Below, one piece after another: positions 17,127 through 25,197 of a DNA stretch of 46,490 nt. Source of the DNA: an uncultured Lachnospiraceae bacterium (GTDB lineage Bacteria; Bacillota; Clostridia; Lachnospirales; Lachnospiraceae); assembly GCA_902767075.1 (NCBI GenBank), contig CACXGM010000099.1, positions 1-46,490 of the forward strand, written 5' to 3'. Position 1 is the first letter of the stretch. Each line of letters begins with the position of its first letter. The position numbers and the translations under genes are program-made. The notes below the pieces were generated by a model. That model made no database searches, was not told the DNA's origin, and saw nothing but the letters and a program-made list of their open reading frames with translations.

Positions 17127-18674
17127 ATGGAAAAACAGAGAGAGATCATTAAGAAAGAATCAGTCAAAAAAAGGAAGAGATCATTTTTCGCAATACTTGT
17201 GTCAGCTCTTTTATTTCTCAACCTGATGCCGATGAACACATTTGCAAAGGCATGGGAGGTCTTAGATTTTGGATCGGATTATGGGCAGGATATATTGGAG
17301 ATCGGGGACACTATTGAAAATGAACAGACTTTTGACGTTGAGGTATACCTTCAGACAGAAGGAAACCCGGATGATAACTTTTTAACTATCGGGTCCAATA
17401 ATACCGCCGGCATGAGCGATGAAATTGGCGGAACCGATAAGTGGTATATCAAGAGCATAAAGAGCGAATCCGGTGGAATTGTGGACGGAGCAGATATATA
17501 TATGTCGCCTATAATGTATCATGTCCTTTCTTTTGATGCTAACGGACATGGCACAGCACCGGATCCTATTAAACACTATGATTATACCTATTCGGAACCA
17601 TCCCTGGTACTTGAACCCAGTCCAGCTCCTTCTGCGGAGGGTTATACTTTTGGTGGCTGGTATAAAGAGCAGGCCTGCATCAATGCGTGGACTTTTGATA
17701 CACAGCCGGCACAGGGCAATCCTGTAATGGGGGAAGAGCTGACTGAGGATACCACGCTTTACGCCAAGTGGATACCTGATTTACATACCGTTTCCTTTGA
17801 TTCAAACGGTGGAAGCGAAGTAGCGACTCAGTCCGTAGAATACGGAAGCAAGGCTATAAAACCCGATGATCCGACAAAAGCCGGATATATATTTGCCGGT
17901 TGGGACATTCAGACATCTTCCGCAAATGACGATTCAACTACATATTCAGCTTATGATTTTGAAACTCCGGTTACCTCCGATATTCATCTTGTAGCTCGCT
18001 ACATATTTGACGAGAACAGTCATGGGGATAACAGATTAGGCATCTCCGATGGTTTCTCTGATTTCACCGATGAAATGAAAGAAGCAGGCTTTGACACCGA
18101 AGATAAGGTCAGAAGCGCCATGTATAAGGCTGTTGTCGATGCGGTCAACGACGGCGCAGAAGAGGATAGATCCGGCATTATAGTAGGCAGCCGGTTATAT
18201 GATGTGGAATTTATGATATCCTTTGACGGCGGAAATACATGGGAGCCGGTATCGGAGGTGAATTTCCCCAAGGATGGTCTTTATGTAGAAATTCCTTATC
18301 CTGAAGGGACCGATAAGCGGAGCAACGATTTTATCGTTGCACATATGTTTACGCATAATATGCGCGGACACAACGCCGGAGAAACGGAAACCATAATTCC
18401 CGAGGAGACAGAAACGTGCTTAAAATTCAAAGTATCGTCTCTTTCTCCGGTCCTGGTAACTTGGACACGCGCTGCGGAAGAGGCAGAAGAGGTATCGACT
18501 GATAACACGGTCAGTGTCAATGAAGTACCCAATGAAGTACCTGCTACTATGGAATCACGTGCTCCGAAGACAGGCGAAAACATGACATTTATAATGGCAA
18601 CTGTTTTCTGTCTTATGGCGGGAGCGGGCCTTACCGGATATGCTCTCTTTATCAGGCGCAAGAGAAACAGATAA
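17127..18674 (+). CDS. Cell-surface protein with two InlB B-type (Listeria-Bacteroides) repeats and a sortase-type anchor
   Basis: Signal peptide; FDANG..GYTFGGWY..TLYAKW and FDSNGGS..PTKAGYIFAGW repeats; C-terminal APKTG + TM + RRKRNR. Confidence 0.85.
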   Translation: MEKQREIIKKESVKKRKRSFFAILVSALLFLNLMPMNTFAKAWEVLDFGSDYGQDILEIGDTIENEQTFDVEVYLQTEGNPDDNFLTIGSNNTAGMSDEIGGTDKWYIKSIKSESGGIVDGADIYMSPIMYHVLSFDANGHGTAPDPIKHYDYTYSEPSLVLEPSPAPSAEGYTFGGWYKEQACINAWTFDTQPAQGNPVMGEELTEDTTLYAKWIPDLHTVSFDSNGGSEVATQSVEYGSKAIKPDDPTKAGYIFAGWDIQTSSANDDSTTYSAYDFETPVTSDIHLVARYIFDENSHGDNRLGISDGFSDFTDEMKEAGFDTEDKVRSAMYKAVVDAVNDGAEEDRSGIIVGSRLYDVEFMISFDGGNTWEPVSEVNFPKDGLYVEIPYPEGTDKRSNDFIVAHMFTHNMRGHNAGETETIIPEETETCLKFKVSSLSPVLVTWTRAAEEAEEVSTDNTVSVNEVPNEVPATMESRAPKTGENMTFIMATVFCLMAGAGLTGYALFIRRKRNR

Positions 18675-18706
18675 GGTTGTTTTGAAATCAGTATATCTTT
18701 AAATTA

Positions 18707-18750
18707 TAATCAGCGGTGAACGGCACAAAAATGTGTTTCACCGCTGATTA
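18707..18750. repeat. 44-bp hairpin, copy A (possible terminator)
   Basis: Perfect 14-bp inverted repeat TAATCAGCGGTGAA/TTCACCGCTGATTA; second copy at 20080-20123. Confidence 0.85.
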
Positions 18751-18965
18751 CAGTACAGGCTATTTACAAATATGAAAAGGGCAAGGGTTATCCCCAGGCG
18801 GACACCATGTTTGCTCTGATGGAGCTTTATGGAGCCGATATATCGGATATTGTTATGAATCACGAAGAGGACGAAAAGTCCTCTTCTGTTAGTTTTACGG
18901 ATTATGAGTCGGCCGCTTAATGACCGAGAGAAAAGAAATAGGCGACATAGGAAATCTGTTGATCT
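18751..18965 (+). pseudogene. 5'-deleted copy of the XRE gene at 20245-20526 plus its downstream DNA
   Basis: 215 bp collinear with 20357-20571, about 10 mismatches by manual alignment; no start or promoter. Confidence 0.9.
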
Positions 18966-18998
18966 CCTACGTCGCCATATCACAAAGGTAATTCATAC

Positions 18999-19345
18999 TT
19001 AAGGCTCTACGCCTAAGGATTTGAGTTTTTCTCGGAGGATGGCAATTTCCGAGTCTTTCTTTTTAAGCTGTTCTTCGTACCAGTTTTTCTCAGCCAGGTA
19101 TTCTTCGCGATCCTGGCATCTTTTCTGTATTATTTCATCGGAGTTGTATATATAGATTGCCTCAGCAGTTTCTGCCATAATGCGGTCCTCCTTTGCGATA
19201 CACTTTAATTCATCCCAGGTCTTGGCTTTGAACAGTCGGCACCATTTATCAAGTTCACTTGCTTTATCATCCGCTGTAGCCTTGTCTATCTGAGTTAAGT
19301 CTATCACAAACAGGGCAAGATTACTATTGCAGTAATACTTATTTG
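18999..19345 (-). pseudogene. C-terminal remnant of an Rpn/PD-(D/E)XK nuclease-family (putative transposase) gene
   Basis: LFVIDLTQIDKATADDK..LDKWCRLFKAKTWDEL..IQKRCQDREEY plus coiled-coil tail; catalytic N-terminus absent. Confidence 0.6.
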
Positions 19346-19478
19346 TAATCAGAATATATGGAAGAACTGTCTTGTGATGGTATAATAAAAAATGTATTTT
19401 ACGGGACCTTCTCTGATGTGAAGCTTGTTCACGAGAGGGAGGACTTTGAAGAGTAAAGTGATGGGAGGAAGAGTGTAG

Positions 19479-19976
19479 GTGAGTTCGATTTGTCTGGCTA
19501 CAAAAGAGGATAAAGTAGAGGTCCTCTCGTTGTATAAGATACAGCTTGGGAGAGAGTACTGTCCGTGGAATGACGAGTATCCAAATGAGGAAACAATAGA
19601 TTTTGATCTTTCCAGAGATTCATTGTTTGTTATGAAGGATGAGGGTAGGATCGTAGCTGCAATTACAATCGATGATGATGAAGTCGTCAATTCCCTTTCA
19701 TGCTGGGATAAAGCCTTATCTCCGGGAGGGGAATTATCCAGGCTTGCGGTCTTACCGGATATGCAGAATAAGGGTATTGCCAGAAAAATGTTCACGTATG
19801 GGATGGAAGAACTTAGAGAAAGGGGCTTTAAGAGTGTTCATATCCTCGTTAATAAGCTTAACACTCCGGCATTAAGGTCTTATGAAGTGTTTTCTTTAAG
19901 AAATGTCGGAGAATGCCATATGTTTGATCAGGATTTCATTTGTTATGAAAAGGAACTCTCTGACATAAGTGAATAG
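19479..19976 (+). CDS. GNAT-family N-acetyltransferase
   Basis: RLAVLPDMQNKGIA (motif A) and N.PALRSY; GGGAGG RBS. Confidence 0.85.
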   Translation: MSSICLATKEDKVEVLSLYKIQLGREYCPWNDEYPNEETIDFDLSRDSLFVMKDEGRIVAAITIDDDEVVNSLSCWDKALSPGGELSRLAVLPDMQNKGIARKMFTYGMEELRERGFKSVHILVNKLNTPALRSYEVFSLRNVGECHMFDQDFICYEKELSDISE

Positions 19977-20006
19977 CAGAGTAAATAGACACAGGGAGGA
20001 TTCGTT

Positions 20007-20120
20007 ATGGCAGAGGTTGTTAAGATAAACGAAAAGACGTTTCGCATTGAAGATGAAAAAATGGAAATGTACAATAGGATAATCAGCGATGAACAGCACA
20101 AAAGTATGTTTCACAGCTGA
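20007..20120 (+). pseudogene. Short ORF, probable N-terminal remnant of an MBL-fold hydrolase gene
   Basis: Strong RBS AGGGAGG. MAEVVKINEKTFRIED resembles clostridial MBL-fold hydrolase N-termini (recalled), then runs into the hairpin repeat. Confidence 0.4.
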
Positions 20121-20123
20121 TTA
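20080..20123. repeat. 44-bp hairpin, copy B
   Basis: 39/44 identical to 18707-18750. Confidence 0.85.
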
Positions 20124-20244
20124 TGTATTTGGAGATTCAACTAAAAGTTTAATGACATTCCGTCGGCAAAATGCTATACTACAATAGTTCCCCATAAATC
20201 CATGCAGCGCGTGCTCGCGTATCGAGTACAGGAGGTGGGATAAA

Positions 20245-20526
20245 ATGATATGTCGTCCGGAATATGACATGAAAGTGATAGGGCAGAATCTTAGGCGCCT
20301 TCGTATAGCCAAGAATCTGTCGGTGGATGAAGTGAGACAGTACCTCTGTCTCGGTTCAGTGCAGGCTATTTACAAATATGAAAAAGGCAAGGGTTATCCC
20401 CAGGCGGACACCATGTTTGCTCTGATGGAGCTTTATGGGGCCGATATGTCGGATATTGTTATGAATCACGAAGAGGACGAAAAGTCCTCTTCTGTTAGTT
20501 TAGCGGATTATGAGTCGGCCGCTTAA
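20245..20526 (+). CDS. XRE-family HTH regulator
   Basis: IGQNLRRLR...SVQAIYKYEKGKGYP; AGGAGG RBS. Confidence 0.85.
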   Translation: MICRPEYDMKVIGQNLRRLRIAKNLSVDEVRQYLCLGSVQAIYKYEKGKGYPQADTMFALMELYGADMSDIVMNHEEDEKSSSVSLADYESAA

Positions 20527-20741
20527 CGACCGGGAGGAAAGAAATAGGCGACATAAGAAATCTGTTGATCTATCTTGTGATGATATAATAAAATTTGTGA
20601 GACAACCCATGTCTCATTCAGTAAAATAGGGCTTTTGCTCGTTTTGTGTCCTTTATAAAAATCTATATTCGACTTACCATGTGACCATAAGGCAGCCGCA
20701 AAACGGTGCGACTGAAACCCCAAAATATGTTTTAGGAGGAC

Positions 20742-20975
20742 ATGGTAATGAAGAAGAAGGTAGATTTAAAAACAGCAGTAGTGTGTGTGATCGTTGGATT
20801 GATCGGTGTGGCTTCGATTTCATGCATAATTCTTTCTATGGTAACCGGAAAGGTGACACCCTATCTTGCGATGGGACTCGGTCTGGGTGCGGTAGGTAAT
20901 GCTATCGGTTTTGTATTTAATATGCAGAAAAGAGGAAAAAACAATGGATCTGGTAAAAATGGGAGTATTTCTTAA
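20742..20975 (+). CDS. Small two-TM membrane protein
   Basis: AGGAGG RBS and two hydrophobic helices; overlaps the next gene. Confidence 0.6.
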   Translation: MVMKKKVDLKTAVVCVIVGLIGVASISCIILSMVTGKVTPYLAMGLGLGAVGNAIGFVFNMQKRGKNNGSGKNGSIS

Positions 20976-21447
20976 GGAATTAAGAAAAGAGAAGAATATC
21001 ACTCAGGAACAACTTGCAGAAAAGATGGGTGTCGCCAGAAGAACTGTTTCCCGGTGGGAGACCGGAGCCAATATGCCCGATATGGACATCCTGATTGATA
21101 TTTCGGACTTCTATGAGGTTGATCTTAGAGAAATTCTGGATGGAGAAAGGAAAAACGATCATATGGATAAAGAAACAAAAGAAACGGTACTTAAGGTTGC
21201 CGAATATGAAAATGAGGGGAAAAAACGCAATGCAGTCGTGGTAATAGTATATTCATCCCTTGGAATCCTGGCACTATTGGTAAATCTGTTTATAAACATG
21301 ATCGAAATGCCGGATACCTTTTTTACGGGCTTCTTAAAAGGGGGAACCGTGGGGATCGCGCTGGTGGCAATGGCCCTTGGAATTATATATGCAACGGGAG
21401 TGTTGGCAAAGCTATATTCGTTTAAGAGAAGGATGTTTAAAAAATAG
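20944..21447 (+). CDS. Membrane-anchored XRE-family HTH regulator
   Basis: LKELRKEKNITQEQLAEKMGVARRTVSRWETG..MPD plus two C-terminal TMs; start set to ATG 20944. Confidence 0.85.
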   Translation: MDLVKMGVFLKELRKEKNITQEQLAEKMGVARRTVSRWETGANMPDMDILIDISDFYEVDLREILDGERKNDHMDKETKETVLKVAEYENEGKKRNAVVVIVYSSLGILALLVNLFINMIEMPDTFFTGFLKGGTVGIALVAMALGIIYATGVLAKLYSFKRRMFKK

Positions 21448-21544
21448 GGATTGAAGGTTCAAGCCGTATCACAAAGAGGATTAAATGGCGGATAAACTGC
21501 ACAATTAATGCACACTCAAAACATTAAATGCGTAGAATTGAAGT

Positions 21545-21585
21545 TGCGGATATCTTAGTATTGATACTAAGGTATCCGCATTTTT
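21545..21585 (+). terminator. Terminator-like hairpin
   Basis: TGCGGATATCTTAGTA-TTGA-TACTAAGGTATCCGCA-TTTTT. Confidence 0.65.
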
Positions 21586-21689
21586 GCAGCCTAAGCTTAA
21601 AGCGGGCTGCGGCTACTTAATGCAGAAAGCAGCAGTTCGATGCAAAATGCGATGAATAAGAAGGATTTGATTTAGAAAGGGGAACAGCA

Positions 21690-23291
21690 ATGGGCAAAAT
21701 GACAAGACCTGAAGTGAAGACTATCGCTACAGGAAAGTATTGGGAAGAAACTTATGACAATTTTTATTTAAAGGCTTATATCCCAAAGAATGATATCGAG
21801 GGACAGGTAAACAATTATGGCTTCAGAGCACCGCTCCTTCTGATCTTCGAGGAGAACAGGATGAGCGTTGACGAGGCAGTAAAGTTTGCCGAGGAAAAGG
21901 GCTTTGCAAAGATCGCGGCAGCAGTCGATTCGAGTGTGCTTTTCGTATATCCCACATGTGAGGGCGGATGGGCAAATGCTACCGAGGCACTCTATGCTGA
22001 AGTGATCGCCCAGACCAAGATGAATCCCGAATTTGAGGACGGAATCGCTCAGATCACCGACTTCTTTACAAAGGAATTCAAGGGATACTTCATCCGTGGT
22101 GCTATTTTCAGAGCTGATGTTTACAGCTACGGCAAGTCAGCGGACTATGTGGCAAAGAATCTCTTAAAGACTCTGCAGGGCGAGTATCTCTGGGGACCCG
22201 GCGAGATCACTCCTGCTATGTGTTCAATGGAGGGGCTCAGCGTAGTTCCCGATGTTCAGAGAAAGGATATCGCTGTCCTGAGCGTTGGAAATTCCGCAGA
22301 GATCAATGACGCATTCAAGGGATGCGAGAACCTCCTCATCAAGGACAAGGCTGATTATGAGGCTGATTTCAAGGCATTTGTCAGAAAGTTCAAGATGTGG
22401 TGCGGACATATGGAACTGGAACCCGATTTCGAAGAACTGAATATGACAGAAGAGTCAGGAATCGTGGAGGTAAAGACTTCTCCCGATAATAAGAGCCGTT
22501 ACAAGGATCAGCCCACTCATAGGGTCGGCTATTTCGCATATTACAATAACGGTATTATGGACAAGGGCCCTGTTCCTCTTGTAATGGGATTCCACGGTGG
22601 AGGAGATACTTCCATGTATCTGACCTTTGTTGCAGGCTGGTGGGAGGTTTGCCACAAGTACGGATTCCTGTACGTTTCCGTGGATGATCATCTCTCCGTC
22701 ACAGCTACTGAAGTGATGGAAGTGATCGAAGCTGTAAAGAAGAGATACAATGTTGATGACAAGCGCATCTATGCCACCGGATTTTCCATGGGCAGCGGAA
22801 AAACCTGGGATCTTTTCCAGGAATATCCCGAAAAGTTTGCGGGCTTCATGCCTTGCAGCGCCCTCTTCCCCATTAAGGAGAATCCTTTTGGATTGTCTCT
22901 GGGAGACCCTCGTCTCAATATGAACATAAGCAAGCCTGTATTCTATTCAGGCGGAGAGGAATCACCTCTTCCGGAGCTTCCGTCACAGAATGAGACCTGC
23001 CTCGACAGAGTACAGTATCTCTCCGGCGTGAACAAGCTGGAAAAGAAGTTCGATGTGGACTTTGCAAAGAGGGACACCTGGGAGGATAAGTACTACGGCA
23101 ATCCCGGAGACAAGGTGGAGCAGATCCCCGATGAGAGCCGCGGAAGTGTCCTGACCGTCCGCTATTACAACAGCACCGACGGAGTATGCCGCACCGCACT
23201 TGCCAGTGTCAGCGGCCAGCAGCATGAATGCCGTCATCACAGCTGTGAGAACGCATGGAAGTTTGTTTCCAAGTTTGTAAATGAGAGCTAA
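21690..23291 (+). CDS. Alpha/beta-hydrolase (PHB depolymerase/carbohydrate esterase-like) with an N-terminal domain of unknown function
   Basis: [10 protein letters not shown] and [14 protein letters not shown] (GxSxG), C-terminal HE..AWKF. Confidence 0.75.
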   Translation: MGKMTRPEVKTIATGKYWEETYDNFYLKAYIPKNDIEGQVNNYGFRAPLLLIFEENRMSVDEAVKFAEEKGFAKIAAAVDSSVLFVYPTCEGGWANATEALYAEVIAQTKMNPEFEDGIAQITDFFTKEFKGYFIRGAIFRADVYSYGKSADYVAKNLLKTLQGEYLWGPGEITPAMCSMEGLSVVPDVQRKDIAVLSVGNSAEINDAFKGCENLLIKDKADYEADFKAFVRKFKMWCGHMELEPDFEELNMTEESGIVEVKTSPDNKSRYKDQPTHRVGYFAYYNNGIMDKGPVPLVMGFHGGGDTSMYLTFVAGWWEVCHKYGFLYVSVDDHLSVTATEVMEVIEAVKKRYNVDDKRIYATGFSMGSGKTWDLFQEYPEKFAGFMPCSALFPIKENPFGLSLGDPRLNMNISKPVFYSGGEESPLPELPSQNETCLDRVQYLSGVNKLEKKFDVDFAKRDTWEDKYYGNPGDKVEQIPDESRGSVLTVRYYNSTDGVCRTALASVSGQQHECRHHSCENAWKFVSKFVNES

Positions 23292-23311
23292 AACAAAGGT
23301 AAATACTGACC

Positions 23312-23349
23312 GGGGTGGCCGTGAGAGTACGGTCACCCCTTTAGTTTTT
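23312..23349 (+). terminator. Rho-independent terminator
   Basis: GGGGTGGCCGTG-AGAG-TACGGTCACCCC then a T-rich tract. Confidence 0.75.
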
Positions 23350-23447
23350 ATGGGGAGTATTATATAATATTATTTAGTTTCGCAAAGGCTCTTGGCGGAA
23401 GCTATACCCGAATGAATATGATACAAAGTGCGCAGTAGGAGTAAGAG

Positions 23448-25127
23448 GTGAAAAAGATTCTATCTTTGAAACGAACCAAATATATTGTCATGGCTGTTCA
23501 TTTGATCATGACATTTATCTGGGCGGGAAAGGTGTTTAAAAATATAGGAATCATACCTGCCGGATCCGTAGCTGTCAAGCAGGTTGTCAGTGACCGAACT
23601 GAGCATATTCTGACTTATATAATGACGGAGATCGTCGCCGTTATTTTGATCTATCTGTTTTGGAATCTGGTATTTTACCTGATCAATAATTTCCGTAAGG
23701 TACATCTTATCTTCATTGTGCTTTTCGTTTTGGGCACGGTGGTGATGGCTCTTTGCTGGCCCTATGTATTTACTCTTTCGGAGGATAATTTTATTACTTA
23801 CAGCTGTGCTGTGAGGTTGACGCCGGATTATTGGCATAACGCATATTCAAGCTATGTATATGGGGCATGTCTTTTATTTTTTCCGGTGGATTTCATGATA
23901 CTGCTTGTGCAGTGGAGCTTTTATCTTTTTGCTGTGGGCTATATCTTTTTTCGCATCGAGAAGATTGCTCCGAGACTGAAATACTTGGCTTTTCTTCTGT
24001 TTTTGTTTCCCAGTTCCTTTTTGATAATAAGGGACAGCTACAGGATATTTCAGTATCTGATCATTGCTTTGATATTTGTATCTATCCTGCTTTTTGATAT
24101 AATTGAAAAGAAAAAACGAACCCTTTTACAAATGATACCGATCTGTTTTTTGGCGGCGCTTATGGCAGTGTGGAGAAGCGAAGGAATACTGTGGGCGTCC
24201 GCGCTTATCCTGATCTATATTATATTTGCGCCGGGGGAGAAGCTTAAGTTAAAACTTTCAAAGCTTGGCATTTTCGCGATCGCGTTTTTGATCGTTTCTG
24301 CTCCTCAGAAGATCGGAATGGAAAAGTATTACGGGAAAGCATATCACATTGTCAACACAGTTCAGAAGCTGAGGATCATGTTTACTACCGGGGATCTGAA
24401 TCTGGATTACCCCGGAGCGGAGGATGATATCGCCGCTATCGATGCCGTGATCCCCCATGAATATATCGCGGCATACGGCATCAATTCCTACTTAAGATAC
24501 AATACGGGAGTGAGTGGATTTAAGGATATAAATCAGTTTAAGGCAACTTCCGAAGAAGCAAACAGATATATCAGCGCGTATTTTAATATTGCCCGGCATA
24601 ATCCCGGATTGTACTTAAAACTTCTGGCAGACACGGCTTTTGTGAGCTTTGACGGAGCATACAGATTTTATCCTCCGGGTTATTATGCATTGGAAAAAGA
24701 ACTCCCTCAGTGGACCTTTGATGCATGGGATGCGGGCCGGGGAGATATGTTCAGCAATACCCATACTGTGCTGTGGAATAGAGTAACTTCTAAGCTCGGT
24801 GTAGGCGAAAAGCTGTGCGAACTGCAGGGGTCCTACGGCACATTCATGCAGGGGCATAAGGTATATCTGATCATGTTCTTTGTGTACATAGCTTTTCTTT
24901 TATGGAGTTTTGTGAGCGGAGTTGTCCGGGTAATACGAAAGAAAGACTACATCCGTCTTTCCTTTGGATTATTTGCATTTGCGCTGTTGGGGGAATTTAT
25001 GGCGGTGCTGATCGTAACACCGGCATACGGATATACCTACTTTTTGATAACGAATTATCTGGTTCTGGCACTTGGCCTGGGACACTTGGTATTGGCTGCA
25101 GGAAACAATAAGAAGCAGAGACAATAA
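23448..25127 (+). CDS. Polytopic membrane protein, possibly GT-C-like surface-glycan modifying enzyme
   Basis: More than 10 hydrophobic segments, an acidic motif after an early TM (LSEDN..DYWH) and one large loop; GTG after AGGAG/GAGG. Confidence 0.65.
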   Translation: MKKILSLKRTKYIVMAVHLIMTFIWAGKVFKNIGIIPAGSVAVKQVVSDRTEHILTYIMTEIVAVILIYLFWNLVFYLINNFRKVHLIFIVLFVLGTVVMALCWPYVFTLSEDNFITYSCAVRLTPDYWHNAYSSYVYGACLLFFPVDFMILLVQWSFYLFAVGYIFFRIEKIAPRLKYLAFLLFLFPSSFLIIRDSYRIFQYLIIALIFVSILLFDIIEKKKRTLLQMIPICFLAALMAVWRSEGILWASALILIYIIFAPGEKLKLKLSKLGIFAIAFLIVSAPQKIGMEKYYGKAYHIVNTVQKLRIMFTTGDLNLDYPGAEDDIAAIDAVIPHEYIAAYGINSYLRYNTGVSGFKDINQFKATSEEANRYISAYFNIARHNPGLYLKLLADTAFVSFDGAYRFYPPGYYALEKELPQWTFDAWDAGRGDMFSNTHTVLWNRVTSKLGVGEKLCELQGSYGTFMQGHKVYLIMFFVYIAFLLWSFVSGVVRVIRKKDYIRLSFGLFAFALLGEFMAVLIVTPAYGYTYFLITNYLVLALGLGHLVLAAGNNKKQRQ

Positions 25128-25197
25128 AGACAGAATGAAAGTACATTGACAGGAAACATATCAACCGGTGACACTCAGATAAAGATGGGAGATTTAT

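Noticed and set aside
18738-18983. Minus-strand 81-aa ORF
   Set aside because: Antisense shadow of the duplicated XRE fragment.
18707-21476. CRISPR array, integron or intact IS in the repeat-rich region
   Set aside because: Only two copies of each repeat, no regular spacers, and no integrase, cas gene or intact transposase in the window.
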